Shown piece by piece: positions 1 through 12,366 of a stretch of DNA of 64,000 nt. Positions within the stretch are counted from its first letter, which is position 1. Each line of letters opens with the position of its first letter. Where the stretch lies: the NCBI GenBank assembly GCA_001643675.2, contig LSRY02000007.1, positions 992,001 to 1,056,000 of the forward strand, in the 5' to 3' direction. The notes under the pieces are model-generated. The model had not been told where the DNA came from and ran no database searches. It saw only the letters and a program-made list of their open reading frames with translations. The stretch is from Monocercomonoides exilis PA203. Lineage: Eukaryota; Protista; Preaxostyla. The position numbers were made by a program, and so were the translations under genes.

Positions 1-3000
1 GATTTCCATCCTTCATGTGAATAAATATTTCATGAATCGTTTCAAACTGTGATGTGAACGAGAAGGCTAACCGTTGCATCTGTGACATTTCAGCACATTC
101 AATAACAGCTTGATTAACAGAAGCCGATAAAATTGAGCTATTAATAAGCACCTTTGCAGTTGAGCCAATCACTTGTTGAGATAGACCAGAATTTGTCAGT
201 CGGATGTCGCTGATGAGAGTAGTTCTATCGATAACGAACAGAATTCCATATTGTGTGAAAGAGAGATGACTTACACCTTTTGCGAGAGAATAGCATGGAT
301 TTGACTGCTCACCACAAGTGGGAGTATCCTTGCTGGAATCTGAAACATAAACATTTGTAAAGCGAGTTGAAGCATACACCTTTATAACATCAATAAAATT
401 CGTATCTCCCTCACTCATAGCTGCAATTGCTTCATGCTCTTTGATTTTTGAGGTATCAAGATGAAAAAGAATATCGTTCAGTTGAGTATTTTCGTCCTTA
501 CAATATAAAAATGCCAATGGTCCTACATTTGCCCTATTCGAAGAGCTTTGAACGAGGTTGAATGTTATTGAGGCTAACTTTGATATGGAAGCGCCATGCA
601 ACGAAATATCAATATACACAGCTCCTCCTTTACCATAATTCGCACAGAAGCAATTTGTAAAATTTGTTTCAATAAAAAAGCATCCCAGAACATCGTCAGC
701 CACTGTACAAATAACACCACCTTTAGCTGATTTCTCATTTCCACAATCAGAAAAAGAACAATTGGTAAAACACATTCCCACAGAACTTTTAGTTGTTTTC
801 AATTCGCTGAGATCTGAAACAAGTGCCGCTGCATGATCTGAAGTACCAGCATCCGTACGCTGAAGTTTTACTACACGAGTTGCTTCAAGATGAATAGAGC
901 CAGTTTGATCGGAGCGAGCATAAAAAGAAGCTCCTTCAAAAGTTAGGTGAGATATATCACATGAATAAAGTTCAACTTCAGCTTCACTACCAGTAACAAA
1001 AAGAGGTCGTGAAATTGAAAATTTTGAATTTGAACTCGAGTGCGAAAAGAAACTGGATTCAAATATTGTGGGATACTCTGTTGTGAAAAGAATATTAAAC
1101 AGCATTAACGATATCTGAGGCTTTGATTCTATCACTTCAAAAAGAGTCATCGAGGTACTTTCACACGACGATTCATTTATAAAAAATGTGATGTCACGAA
1201 TTTGTGTTGTGATTTTATCTGCAATCACGAAGAGTGAAGAGGATGACTGATAATCAGATATAATTCCTTGCGTTGTATCAATAACAGTTCTAGTTTTTTC
1301 CTTGCCATAAATAACTACGTTCGAATGTTGTAGCACAATTGAGTGAGTTTCCTTTGTCAGCACATCTGCAATTATTTGAAACGTTGATTGAATTAACGGA
1401 AACTTTTGCTGAACAGCAAAATAAATGGTTTCGCAAGGTTCCGCACCTAGAGACCCGCAAGTATCATCATTATCTTCACCATCAGTTCCCGCAATTGTTC
1501 GTCTTTGGACTCTGGTAAGAGTGTAACTTATATCATCCATTTTCGAATCAGCTTTGACGAGAATAGCTGATTGTTGACGGCAGCTCGTGAAACAGTGCAA
1601 AAATATATTTTCAGGTTCACGGATAATACCATGAGAATCAACAATCATTATATCAGAAGCAACATCGACTTCAATTTTCATGATAATATTAAGCTCAAAA
1701 TTACAATCAATAAACAGAGGTGAATTAGCGTTCTTTAAATGACCATATCCACATGCCCAATAGCCTCCACTAGCAGAATCTGAACGGCACTGAATAAAGT
1801 CACATTCTGATGCAACAGGTTGTTGACTTGAATTTGCATTATCAACATAACACCCGCCTCCGGATCCTTTCACAGACCTTGCGCAATGACATGAGTCAAA
1901 TACACAACTAGTCATAAGGTAAAATCGTGGATCATTAGAGTTTGAAGAAGTGAAAGAATGTTCCATTTCAATAGAATCTCCATGAACATTTCCAATATAT
2001 AGGCCAGCTGCTCGCTCCTTACTAGCACAATCAGAAAAATTTGTCTCCGAAAATCCTGTTCTTCCTGAAGTTAAGCAAACGACAGCACCTCCCCCATCGC
2101 CTTCTGTTGCCTCGCACTGTAAAAACTTTGTTTGATTTACCACAACAGAATCGACAAGTGCAATGAAAATAGCTCCTCCGTCTCGAGCTGCTGAGCATTC
2201 GTAGAAAGAACATCGATGCAAGAAAACCTTCACTGAAGTGCGATTGAAAGAAAAAAGGGCACCTCCACACGACCTAGGGTCATCAGGCGGCAAAGAAGTG
2301 TCATTCACTCGACAACACTCAAACGAATCATCAGAAAATGAATAACTTGTTTCTTGTTCTAAAACAGTTTGAGCACTGTAGACTTTGTTAACAAATGAAT
2401 TTTCGAACCGAATGCAATTACTGAAAGTATTATTGGAAGATTGAAAATTCCAGCCATCATAGCAGAAGCCATGCACTAGTGATCCATATAAATAATTATC
2501 CACTGAAGATAGAGAGTTGCAACTCAGTGCTGAAGAATGAAAAGAATTGTCTTTTAATGGAGATGATAGAAGTGACGTGAATTTAGCTTTATTCAATGAA
2601 GTGAAATTTTTTATAGTTGACGTGCTTAAAACTTCATCGCAACAAAAGTTCTGAGAAATAAACGTAGAATATCGAGAAGCTGAAAATATTAGAGAAGAAA
2701 TAAAAGTTGATTCAAGAATGACTTTAGAAGAAGGAGAAGTTGATTTTACAAGACTGGTAACAGAATTCTGTCCGTTTGTGAACAAAAAAGAAATATTGGA
2801 AAATAATGTGAAGCCAGAAGAACTGACAATCGGACGAAAATTCGAAGATGCAAATACAAAGGCATGATGCGTTAAGATCAAAGATGATTTTGAATCTAAT
2901 GAAGTTATTTCATCAAAAGAATGATGATAAGTTTTGAGATTAAATAATTCCAGAGAACAATTTTTAAGAGTGAATATTGAAGAAGAAATATTATCATTTA

Positions 3001-3139
3001 TCACGTTTCGTTGAAGAAACGACCCAACATGCGCGACTATTGCTTCATTTATTCCATGATAACAAAAAAAAGGAAAATTTTTTGCATCAATGCAAATATC
3101 AGCAAAAATCGAAACAAATATTAAACATTGAATCAACAT
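1..3139 (-). CDS. Secreted or surface protein, Pmp-like/right-handed beta-helix type; 3' end runs off the window
   Basis: Absent from the ORF track because it has no stop in the window. ATG at 3139 gives MLIQCLIFVSIFADICIDAK (signal-peptide-like), and the same frame is still open at the edge (FTSQFETIHEIFIHMKDGN). It carries GGA motifs (DGGAIFIA, KGGAVYID) and Cys motifs (DTCGSLGAEPCETI, PTCGEQSNPCYSL) like those in 50327..54424. Confidence 0.8.
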   Translation of the reverse strand, partial: MLIQCLIFVSIFADICIDAKNFPFFCYHGINEAIVAHVGSFLQRNVINDNISSSIFTLKNCSLELFNLKTYHHSFDEITSLDSKSSLILTHHAFVFASSNFRPIVSSSGFTLFSNISFLFTNGQNSVTSLVKSTSPSSKVILESTFISSLIFSASRYSTFISQNFCCDEVLSTSTIKNFTSLNKAKFTSLLSSPLKDNSFHSSALSCNSLSSVDNYLYGSLVHGFCYDGWNFQSSNNTFSNCIRFENSFVNKVYSAQTVLEQETSYSFSDDSFECCRVNDTSLPPDDPRSCGGALFSFNRTSVKVFLHRCSFYECSAARDGGAIFIALVDSVVVNQTKFLQCEATEGDGGGAVVCLTSGRTGFSETNFSDCASKERAAGLYIGNVHGDSIEMEHSFTSSNSNDPRFYLMTSCVFDSCHCARSVKGSGGGCYVDNANSSQQPVASECDFIQCRSDSASGGYWACGYGHLKNANSPLFIDCNFELNIIMKIEVDVASDIMIVDSHGIIREPENIFLHCFTSCRQQSAILVKADSKMDDISYTLTRVQRRTIAGTDGEDNDDTCGSLGAEPCETIYFAVQQKFPLIQSTFQIIADVLTKETHSIVLQHSNVVIYGKEKTRTVIDTTQGIISDYQSSSSLFVIADKITTQIRDITFFINESSCESTSMTLFEVIESKPQISLMLFNILFTTEYPTIFESSFFSHSSSNSKFSISRPLFVTGSEAEVELYSCDISHLTFEGASFYARSDQTGSIHLEATRVVKLQRTDAGTSDHAAALVSDLSELKTTKSSVGMCFTNCSFSDCGNEKSAKGGVICTVADDVLGCFFIETNFTNCFCANYGKGGAVYIDISLHGASISKLASITFNLVQSSSNRANVGPLAFLYCKDENTQLNDILFHLDTSKIKEHEAIAAMSEGDTNFIDVIKVYASTRFTNVYVSDSSKDTPTCGEQSNPCYSLAKGVSHLSFTQYGILFVIDRTTLISDIRLTNSGLSQQVIGSTAKVLINSSILSASVNQAVIECAEMSQMQRLAFSFTSQFETIHEIFIHMKDGN

Positions 3140-3512
3140 AATATGTTAAACAATGTCTAGGAAGATTCAGTTCCGAAAATGAAGTGATTTTCTTTTTCTA
3201 TTGATCCAAATAACATAAATTAAATATTTTGAATTCGGAAAATCAAATTTTTGTTGATTTTTGACTCTTTCATTGTTTTTTCGATTAATAATTCTTAAAA
3301 CACAATTTGTATAATTGTTAAAAGAATGCCGAATTGAAAATAGATCATTTAAACACAAAAATAAAATAAAATTTAAAATTTAGTTGGTAACAAAAAGAGT
3401 AGAAAAATGATGATAATAAAAAAAAGTTCAAGTTTAAAAAATAGTAAATCTCAGAAATGAATGAACAACAGTTAAAATTTATAATCAAAAACAAGAAATT
3501 AACCACTAAAAA

Positions 3513-6500
3513 TCAATGAGGAAATTGTTGTAAAATTTGAGCATGAGAATGCATCAAATAATTTCCTTCCATCTCTCCAATAGCTGGCAACCCCAAAGGC
3601 ATTCCCGCAGGTCCCCCCATCGCCCCAATGCCCGGTATTGCAGCAGCCATTCCCATGTCAGGAATTCCTCTTGACATGTCTCCAGCATCCATTCCCATCG
3701 GTGCCATCATGTTTATTCCCCCCATCCCTCCCATCCCTCCCATCCACCCCATCGTTCCCATTGCTCCCATTGCTCCCATACCTCCCATTGCTCCCATCTG
3801 CGCAAATTGCGAAGTGAACATCGCTTCGTCATAGAACCCGTCTTCCAGCCTCCCTTCCACAGACACATTTCTTGCCCCTTTTGCACTCTTCCCAGTTCTT
3901 CCTCCTCTCCTTTTGTCCTTCCCCGCTTGCACACTCCCTGCATTCCCTCCACTTTCTCCTTCTCCCACTTCCTCCCCCTTCTCCTCCGCTTTCTTCTTCT
4001 GCTGCGCCTTTTGCCACTGTGCTCTGAAAGGGCAGTTCCGCTGGACATGCCCTTCCTGTTTGCAGATGAAGCACACTCGTTTGTCTTCGCTGTTCGGGCA
4101 GTCCTTCGATTTGTGCCCTGTCTGTCCGCATTTGTAGCACGCATCCTTCGGAACCGCCTGCCCTTTAAAGAGCGGGCACTCATTGAACGCATGGCCAAAG
4201 GCAGAGCAGCGGAAGCACCGGATGCCTGAGTGAGAGGAAGGAGAAGCAGTGGACTGCGAGCTGGATGAGGCGGAATGCGGGGTGGAGGGGGAGGTTGGAG
4301 CTGTGGAAGAGGAGGAAGAGGAGGAAGAGGAGGACGAAGAAGAAGAATTGGAGCCATTTGCTGTTGTTGATGAGGAGGGCAATTGTGAAGATGATTGAGA
4401 AGCAGAAGTGGATGAGCCATCACCACTTTCTGAACTGGAAAAGCTTCCTTCTTTTTTCTGACTGGACGTTTCATCGAGAACATTCTCTTTCGATTGCGAT
4501 GGCAATTCTGAAGATGCAGTTGATGATGAATCAGAAGAAGAATGCTGCTCTTTCTGATTCTTTGAGCTCTCTTCTAAATTGTCTGTCTCTGACTGAGCCG
4601 AAGAAGTTGTAGAAGAAGAGGAAGAGGCTGAAGATGTATTCTCCTTCTTCTCTCCGATTTTGATGGGAACAGCTGATCCAAAGAACAGCTTCTTCTTCTG
4701 GTGCTCGTGTCTGTGTGCAAATGAATACGGCTGCTCAGGCTGAGGAAACGCAGCAATTGAACCAGCAGCAGAAGAGAGAGAAAGAGGCGAAGCAGCCATT
4801 GGAGAGGCAGAGGCACCAGACATGAACATTTGTGAGGGATGCATCATCCCCATCTGTGGCACGCCATAAGGAGAAAAACCATATGGCTGGTTCATATCCA
4901 TCTGCATGGGCATCTGCATAGATGGAGGCATTTGCATGGACATGGGCATTTGTGAGGGCATTTGCATTTGTCCACTCAGTTGCCCCGCCATTTGTCCTGC
5001 CATTTGCCCAGGCATTTGCATTTGCATAGGCGAAGACATTGGCATCTGCATTTGCATTTGAGCTCCCACTTGCATTCCCATTCCACTTCCCATCCCTGTT
5101 CCTGCTCCCATTCCCATTCCCATCGGCATCCCCATCTGCATTTGCATCTGCATCTGCACTGACATCGGAATCTGCTCTCCTCCAACATCACTCTGTGTGT
5201 TCATAGTGCTTGCTGCTACTGTTCCTCCTCCACTTCCACTTCCACTTTGAGAAGGCATCCTCATCATCGCCATCCCGTTCTGCTGGAATGAATATTGCTG
5301 ATATGGAGGATATTGATTCATCGCATATGTCTGCTGCAATTGCTGTTGCTGTTGTGATTGCCGTGATTGCTGTTGGTGTTGCTGCTGTTGTGTCTGTTGC
5401 ATTCCACTGGCTTCAGGAATGAATGGAGTGAACTGCGCGATTTGAGACGGGAATTGCTGATGTGGCTGCAATTGTTGTTGTTGTTGTTGTTGTTGTTGTA
5501 ATTGTTGCTGCTTTATTTGAGTTTGCATCTGCATCTGCGCTTGTGATTGTGCTTCTGATTGTGCTTGCTTCATATCCTTTTGCTCAAACGAAGCCTGCAA
5601 TTGGCTTTGACTCTGACTCTGACTCTGGTTTTGATTCTGGTTCTGTCCTTCTTGCTTCTGTGGAGTTATTTCATTCTCTTTCCATTCATTTGCTTCATTG
5701 TTCATAGCAGTACTCAGAAATGTCGCTGGATGTGTTGACATTCCCATTCCTGTTACAGACGCAGAAGAAGAAGCAGAAGCAGAAGATAACATTCCTGCTG
5801 ATAACTGCTGTGGAGAAGAAGGGAGGATATGAGGGGAGAAGAGAGTGCTGGAGATAGGCAGCATGGCTGGCGAGGACGACTGGAGAGACAGAAGCGAAGG
5901 CACAAAGGAAACAGTTGCACTGCTGTTACTATTATTATTGCTATTAATATTATTAGTGCCATTGCTATTCACATTAGAACAACCAATACCAATAGCAGAA
6001 TCTGCTTGCTTCATTGCATTGGCTGTGATGGGTGTGGCTGAAGACAGAGAGAGAATTGGAGAAAATGTCTGTAAGAAAGGCGAGGAAGAGAGGAAACCAG
6101 AGGAAGGCGGAGTGAAAGGCGATTGATAGAGCAAGTTGGACGGCTGTGCAAACGAGCGAGGCGGCGTGGCAGACAAAGAAGAAGAAGAAGAAGAAGAGGT
6201 GGAAGAAGAAGATGATGATGAAGGCATAAACACAGTTGCCACGCCGGACGCTGGTGAAGAAACAGAACTGAAAGAAGAAGAAGAAGAAGAAGAAGAAGAA
6301 GAAGAAGAAGAAGAAGAATTCGCATTAGCCTGCAATGCGCTTCCCCCCATCATCTGCATCGATATCTCTGCTCCCGAAGACGAAGGCAAAGAGGAAGACG
6401 ACTGCATCGGTGGAGTGGAAACAAACTGCCCGCTTTCATCCGAAAGTGACTGGAGTGGATCAATCTGTGCTTCAGACATCGGCACACTCGCCACATTCGA

Positions 6501-9500
6501 TGCAGTTGCCACACTCTGCGATTTCTGAGTCTTCTGTGTTCTTTGCGCGCCTTCGAGGGACTTTTGGCGCTGGTGCGGTTTCGCCTCGACTTGGATGAAG
6601 CGGATTTTGTGGCCGTCCATCAGAGAGGAGGAGATGTCTGGGGAGTGGGGCTGCTGGCTGCTCAGACTCAGACCTCCTTCAATACTGCTCATGTTGATTA
6701 CGTTGCTGATGTTGCTGATGTTATCAAAGGATCTATTTGTGGAAGAAGCAGAAGAAACAGAGGAAGAAGCAGAGGAAGAAGAGGAAGAAGAGGAAGAAGA
6801 AGAAGCAGTCTTGAATTTCACTGAGGAGTTCTGTTTCCTCTCTCCCTTCAGCATTCGACCTTCGCTTCCTCTTCTCTCACCCTCAGCAACAGAATCGTCT
6901 ATGATCTGGAAGTCAATCAATGAATCCACTTCTTCATCATCAGCATCAATATCATCATCATCGTCTTCATCGTCATCGTCATCATCATCGCTATCTGATT
7001 CATCTTCTGACTCTGACACCTCCTCACTCGAATCTGACACATCCATCTCATCCTCCTCGTCCTCGTCATTGTCTTCGTTATCTTCATTCTCTGCCCCGCT
7101 TTCTCCATCCACAAAGTCCTCCATTCCTGTCTCATCATCCGTCAGCGAGCTCACAGGCGATGCACTCAACGACGATGCGGCCGAATTCAATGCACTTTCT
7201 ATGCAATTTGCTCCTTTCATACTTTTTGTGCCCTTTGTACTTTTAACACTTCCAGTACTTGTGGTAGAGACTGCCCTGCGAATAGCTCGTTCATTCTGTT
7301 CTTCTTCACTCAGCAGCAGCAGCCCAGCTGTCTCCTCCTTCGCAGAGAAAGAGCGATATGCTGCCATCACTTGCTTCTGATTCTGATTCTGAGTTTGATT
7401 CCGGTTCTGACTTTGTTTTGGGCTCTGGTTCTGGATTTGAGTTTGACTTTGCTTCTGCTTTTGCTTCTGTTTCACATTCAGTTTCTGACTCTGGCTATGG
7501 CTATGATTATGACTCGTGCCCTGTTGTTTCAATCTCTGCTGTGCAATGGGCAGCCTTCTCATGTTGTCAAGGCTCGATGCAAGAGACAGTGAAGACGCAG
7601 AAGACGAAGAGAAAGCAGACAAATCGGTGCTCAGGTGCGAAGAAGGAGAAGAAGGGTTGTCTGAAGAAAGCGACTGCGAAAAGGAGAGCTCTGTTTCCAG
7701 CCCGTCTTCGTGCCATGCGTTGTGGTCGTCGGGGAGTGCTAAGGATAAAAGACGGGAATCAGAGGGAGGAGTCTTTGAGTGAAGGGAAGAAGGAGAAGGG
7801 GAAGAAGAATGAGAGGAGGAGGAGGAAGAGGAAGAAGAGGAAGAAGAAGTTGTGGTGGAGACAGAGGGGGCTGAAGAATGAACTGAGTTTGAAGCAGAAG
7901 AAGAAATAGAATTTGTTGTGGATGATATTGTTGAAGAAGTCGATGATGAAGACGAAGAAGATGAAGAAGAAGTAGAAATCGAAGAAGAAACAGAAGTGGT
8001 TCTGTCGATGATTGAAGGAGGTGTGGATGGAATGGAAGAAGACAAAGGAGTATCTTTGAGATGCGAAGGCGCAGGAATAAACGACTTTAAGAGGGAGTTG
8101 ATTGGAGCGTGCTCATCAATCGCTGATCCCATTGGAGAAGATGCTGTACAGTTAGAAAAGTCGGCTAATGAAGAAGAAGAAGATGATGATGAAGAAGATG
8201 ATGATGCTGATGATAATGATACATCAACACCAGGATTAGTCAAACTTACAGGAGATATAGTGCTTTCTTCTGTTGCTGATGATGAAGATGATGACGAGGG
8301 AGAAGAAGAAGAAGAAGAAGAAGTCTGTGAAATGTCATTTCTCTTTGTTTTATGTGCTGAAGATGACGAAATCGACAGCGAAGACGATGGCTGATGAAGC
8401 GAAACTGACCTTCCAAACGGCGACAAGCCAGTAAAACCATTCATCCCATTCATCCCATTCAAACCAGGAGAATTAGTTAAGCCTTGCAATCCTGACAATC
8501 CAGACACAGCAGCCATCCCAGGCGAAGAGAGGTCAGAAATCGACAGAAGCGGATCCAGCGCCAGATGCTCTTTCCCTCCCAACACGCCAAATGAATGCGA
8601 AGGCGCAAAATGAGCCGTGTCAAGTGAATGCACCTGCCTCTCGAAAAGGTTTGAGGAAGAGTCCAGGAAGCTGTCCTGTGCTGTGCCGTAGATGCTGCCA
8701 AGCGCATCGACAGGAAGGGCAGATGTGTCGGCAGACTGCGATGAAGGGGTGCTGAACACAGCGGGGGACATGGTGAGACTGAATGGGAGCAGGTTGTGCG
8801 AGGGGGAGTTCTTTGGAGCTGTTGCTATTGATGTTGTTGTTGTTGCTGCTGCTGCTGATGATGACTCATTTTCAGTGTGCTGAGTGTTTGAAGAGCCAGA
8901 AAACGAGGCTGGAGCGCAGGATGAGATAGAGGAGGTGGGCAACAGGGCAGATGGGTGTGGTGCAGATGACATATTCAGCGAGGCAACTTCCAAAGACAGC
9001 TCTCCAATCTGCTTTTGTGTTTGAGCCTGAGCCAGCTGTTGTTTGACTTCTTCAATTCTGCTCCCGTTTTTGATTCTTTCTCTTTCTCCTTCTTCTCTTT
9101 CTCTTTCTCTATCACCGTCGCCTTCCCCATCTTCGCGGTGGTCGCTCAGCTGATCATCAGCAAACAGCGAGTCTCCTGTGGACTTCACAATTCTCTTTCT
9201 CTTCTTCCGCTCTTCATCCTCATCTGAGTCATCTTCGTCTGAATCATCATCTTCCACAGCTATGCTGCTGACTCCCCCTCTTCCTCCCATTCCCCCTCCT
9301 CCCCCGTCTTCTTCATCTTCATTGATCGACCTCTCCTTCGTCACGCCATCCGCCCCGCCTCTGCCTTCTCTCTCGTCGCTCCCCGCCCTCCTCTTCTCTC
9401 TGCGGTGCGGGCGGTGTGCTTTGAAGAAGCCGTCCCGCTCGCTCAGCCCGCTCAGCTGCTGCCGCACCACATCGTCTGACAGGTTGCCCACAGCTCCCAA

Positions 9501-10526
9501 CCCATCGTCGCCCATGAATGTGCTGATGTGCGGGACAAGATCGCGCGCCAGCGAGAACACAGAGTCGTCGTCTGTCTGCCCGGAATATGCGGAGAGAGTA
9601 GGGGAGAAAGAGCCGGATGCTAAGGAAGAGGAGAATGAAGAGGAAAGCGAAGAGGCAAGAGAGGATGAATAGGAGGAGGAGCTGAGAGAGGCAGAGGACT
9701 GTGGATATGGATAGTCTGTCAGCGACCGCCCGAAAGACGAAGAGTCAACAACGTGAGAGCAGTACGACGAGGAAGGAAGAAGAGAAGTCGGACCAAATGG
9801 AGAATCAAGCGTGGAAGTTGGACCCAGTGCTGAAGAATTCGCTGTGCTGGAATCAGGAAGCAAAGAAGACGATAGCGAAAACCCCGCAGAGGAAGAAGTC
9901 GACATCGACGTGGATGCTCGAGGCGGAGATGGCCTTGGGGTTGTTGATGAAGAGTTAGTTATTGCTGCTGTTGAGTGAGACGGCTGAATTGCAGCAGGAC
10001 TCAAAATTTGGGTGTGCTTTTGTCGCGTTGCATGAGGATGCGTATGAAGTTGATGAGCGTGAGATCTTTGAACGTTCGGAGTTCCCTGCTGCAAGGTTGA
10101 TACCTGAGAGCCAGTTGATGCTGATGATACTAAAGAATGAGACAGATGCTGAAGAGGATCCATTTGATCATTAGGATGCGTGGCCTGAGGTGCATGCAAT
10201 TTATCGTTTTCTTTTGTTCCATCAACTGGATTCTTGCTTTCTGTTATTTCTCCAGCAAATAACGGATCACTTTGCATTGGATTCCAAGAGGATTCAGTTG
10301 TAAAAAGTGATTGAGCCTTTGGTATTTCTTGAGAAAAAAAATTAATTAATATGCGTCATTCGTTGATAAAATAGTAGAAACCTTTTTGTTGTGTTTTAAC
10401 TTTTGGCTTTGCTCGCCTTTTAACAGGAACATGCTGAACGAATGTCGGCTGTGCAGTTGATGGAATATTTTCAACAATCAAAGAAGATGGTGTTGTTCTA
10501 CTTCCAATAGAAATACTCGTATCCAT
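3513..10526 (-). CDS. Very large low-complexity (Ser/Gln/Met-rich) protein with three C-terminal CCHC zinc knuckles; probable RNA-binding protein
   Basis: 2254-aa ORF containing CFRCSAFGHAFNEC, CYKCGQTGHKSKDC and CFICKQEGHVQRNC. An upstream exon 10526..10382 (MDTSISIG...) splices in frame over a 54-nt GT-AG intron 10381..10328. Confidence 0.85.
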
Positions 10527-10943
10527 ATTCTAAATCATTGTCCATTTTTATTCCACATTCACATCAATAACACGTATAGTGATAAAGTTATTATAAAAAA
10601 CGAAAAATTTTGTTAATTCTCAATAAATCCATACAATTTCATGCGTATCCATATCTATAAAAGATTGAAAACTTATATTTCTTTAGAAACAATGTGATTC
10701 ACTCTCAGATTTTCACAAAACAAAACAACTACAAAACAACACAACAAATATGGGCTAGAATTTTCTGATGAAATCATCCATTTTGTTGCACATTCCATTC
10801 ACTATATGTTGTATATTGATATTAACAGAAAAAATATCAACGTGTTTCATTTTATCACTATGGTATTAACATGATCTTTCATTTTTCTTTTGTCTGAAAT
10901 ATTAGTCTTTGGAATCTTTTCCAAATTTAAATTAGTTTAATTT

Positions 10944-12164
10944 ATGCCGAAGAAATTATTTGTAGCAAGGCTCACAGAAGATTTGCTGTCTGTCGATCAA
11001 CTTGCTTCACTTTTTCGGCAATTTGGAACTGTTATTGAAGCAAAAATTAACCAAGACAAAAGAATTGGATGGATAACTTTTTCTTCTGTTAAGGAAGGTT
11101 TTATAAAAAGATTTTTCTTTCTTTTTTCTATTTAATTCGGAATTTTTGATTGTTAAGCTGAAAATGCTGTTCAGTCGCTTCATACTGGCGTACGTGGGGG
11201 CCTTGTTGTTCAATTCAGTTCAGTCAATGAAGGAACTGAAAATTCTCCAAAAACAAAATTGTATGAACAATTGCATTGTTAATTTGCGACTGTTTAAACT
11301 CTTTTTCATAAGATTTGTTCGTGGTCTTCCTGATGCACTCCCAGATGACAAGAAAGAACAACTTTTACGGCAATATTTTAAGACTTTTGGAGATATAGCA
11401 GAAATTCAGGTTTTGCAGCGTGGGTCAGCTTTTGTGAGATTTTATCTTTTGGAATCCGCAAAGCAAGCTGTTGAACTTACATCGCGACAACAATCACTTG
11501 ATAAAACATTTCACCTAAAAGTTACATTTGCAGAATCAGCAGACGAACGGCAGAACAGAGTGTGCAGTTTTTTCCATTAATTATAAATCACTTGTATTTA
11601 ATCCAATTTAAACTTCTTTTTTTTCAAATGTTCAAATAGAAATTAAAAGATCAGCGAAAAAAGCTTTTGCAGACAAAAAACTCATTGGAATCTCTTCTCC
11701 ATTCGCATTTATCCACTCTTGATGATTCATTCACTTCTCTAACGCAAACTCTTTCTGAACCTACTCAACGTCAAGAATCTCTTAAACTCCCATCAATTGT
11801 ATCATTTCAAAGCTTGAATGAAAAGAATGATAAAAAAGACCTTTCAAAAGAACACACAAAAAAATCCACAACCTCAAATTCAATTGCTGATTTGATTGGA
11901 GCAAAGCCTAAGAAGAGAAAGCCTACTTATTTATCATCTTCAAAATCTTATGATTCAGAGAATACAAACGAAAAAAAGCTTAAACTTTCTGATGGATCAA
12001 CAAAAACAGTTCAACGTTTTGATCCAACAACAAAAAATGAAAAAGATGATTCAGATCATCCATTTGAAAAAGTCGAAAGTTCTTCGAATACTATCAGTGA
12101 AGCTGATGATAATGATACAACTTTACAATCTCCACAACGCAAGGAAAACACTTCAATCGAATGA
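10944..12164 (+). CDS. Two-RRM RNA-binding protein, multi-exon
   Basis: RRM1 KKLFVARL...IGWITF and RRM2 KLFVRGLP...GSAFVRF. Three short GT-AG introns join the ORF pieces in frame, followed by a Lys/Ser-rich tail. Confidence 0.85.
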
Positions 12165-12366
12165 AAATCAAAAAAGAAAATGTGTTTTATATCAATTCAC
12201 TTCAAATAAAAAACAATTCACTTCATGACCAATTTGTTTTATTGATTAGAATTTGTTATTTTGTTGTTATCTCTTAAATAAAATGAAATTGAATTGAAAG
12301 CTTGAAATGGCATAAAAACAATGAAATGAAGCAAAGTGCGGATGAAAAATTGAAGCCTGAATGTTT

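Noticed and set aside
3628-10174. Dozens of short overlapping or antisense ORFs (poly-E, poly-L, poly-H), also within 24.7-27.5 kb, 28.3-29.4 kb and 57.6-63.8 kb
   Set aside because: Shadows of trinucleotide-repeat coding in the real genes; they carry no independent motifs.
10680-10910. C/D-box snoRNA candidates (TGATGA and CTGA words) between the divergent RNA-binding genes
   Set aside because: No convincing terminal stem or guide; such words are expected by chance in AT-rich DNA.
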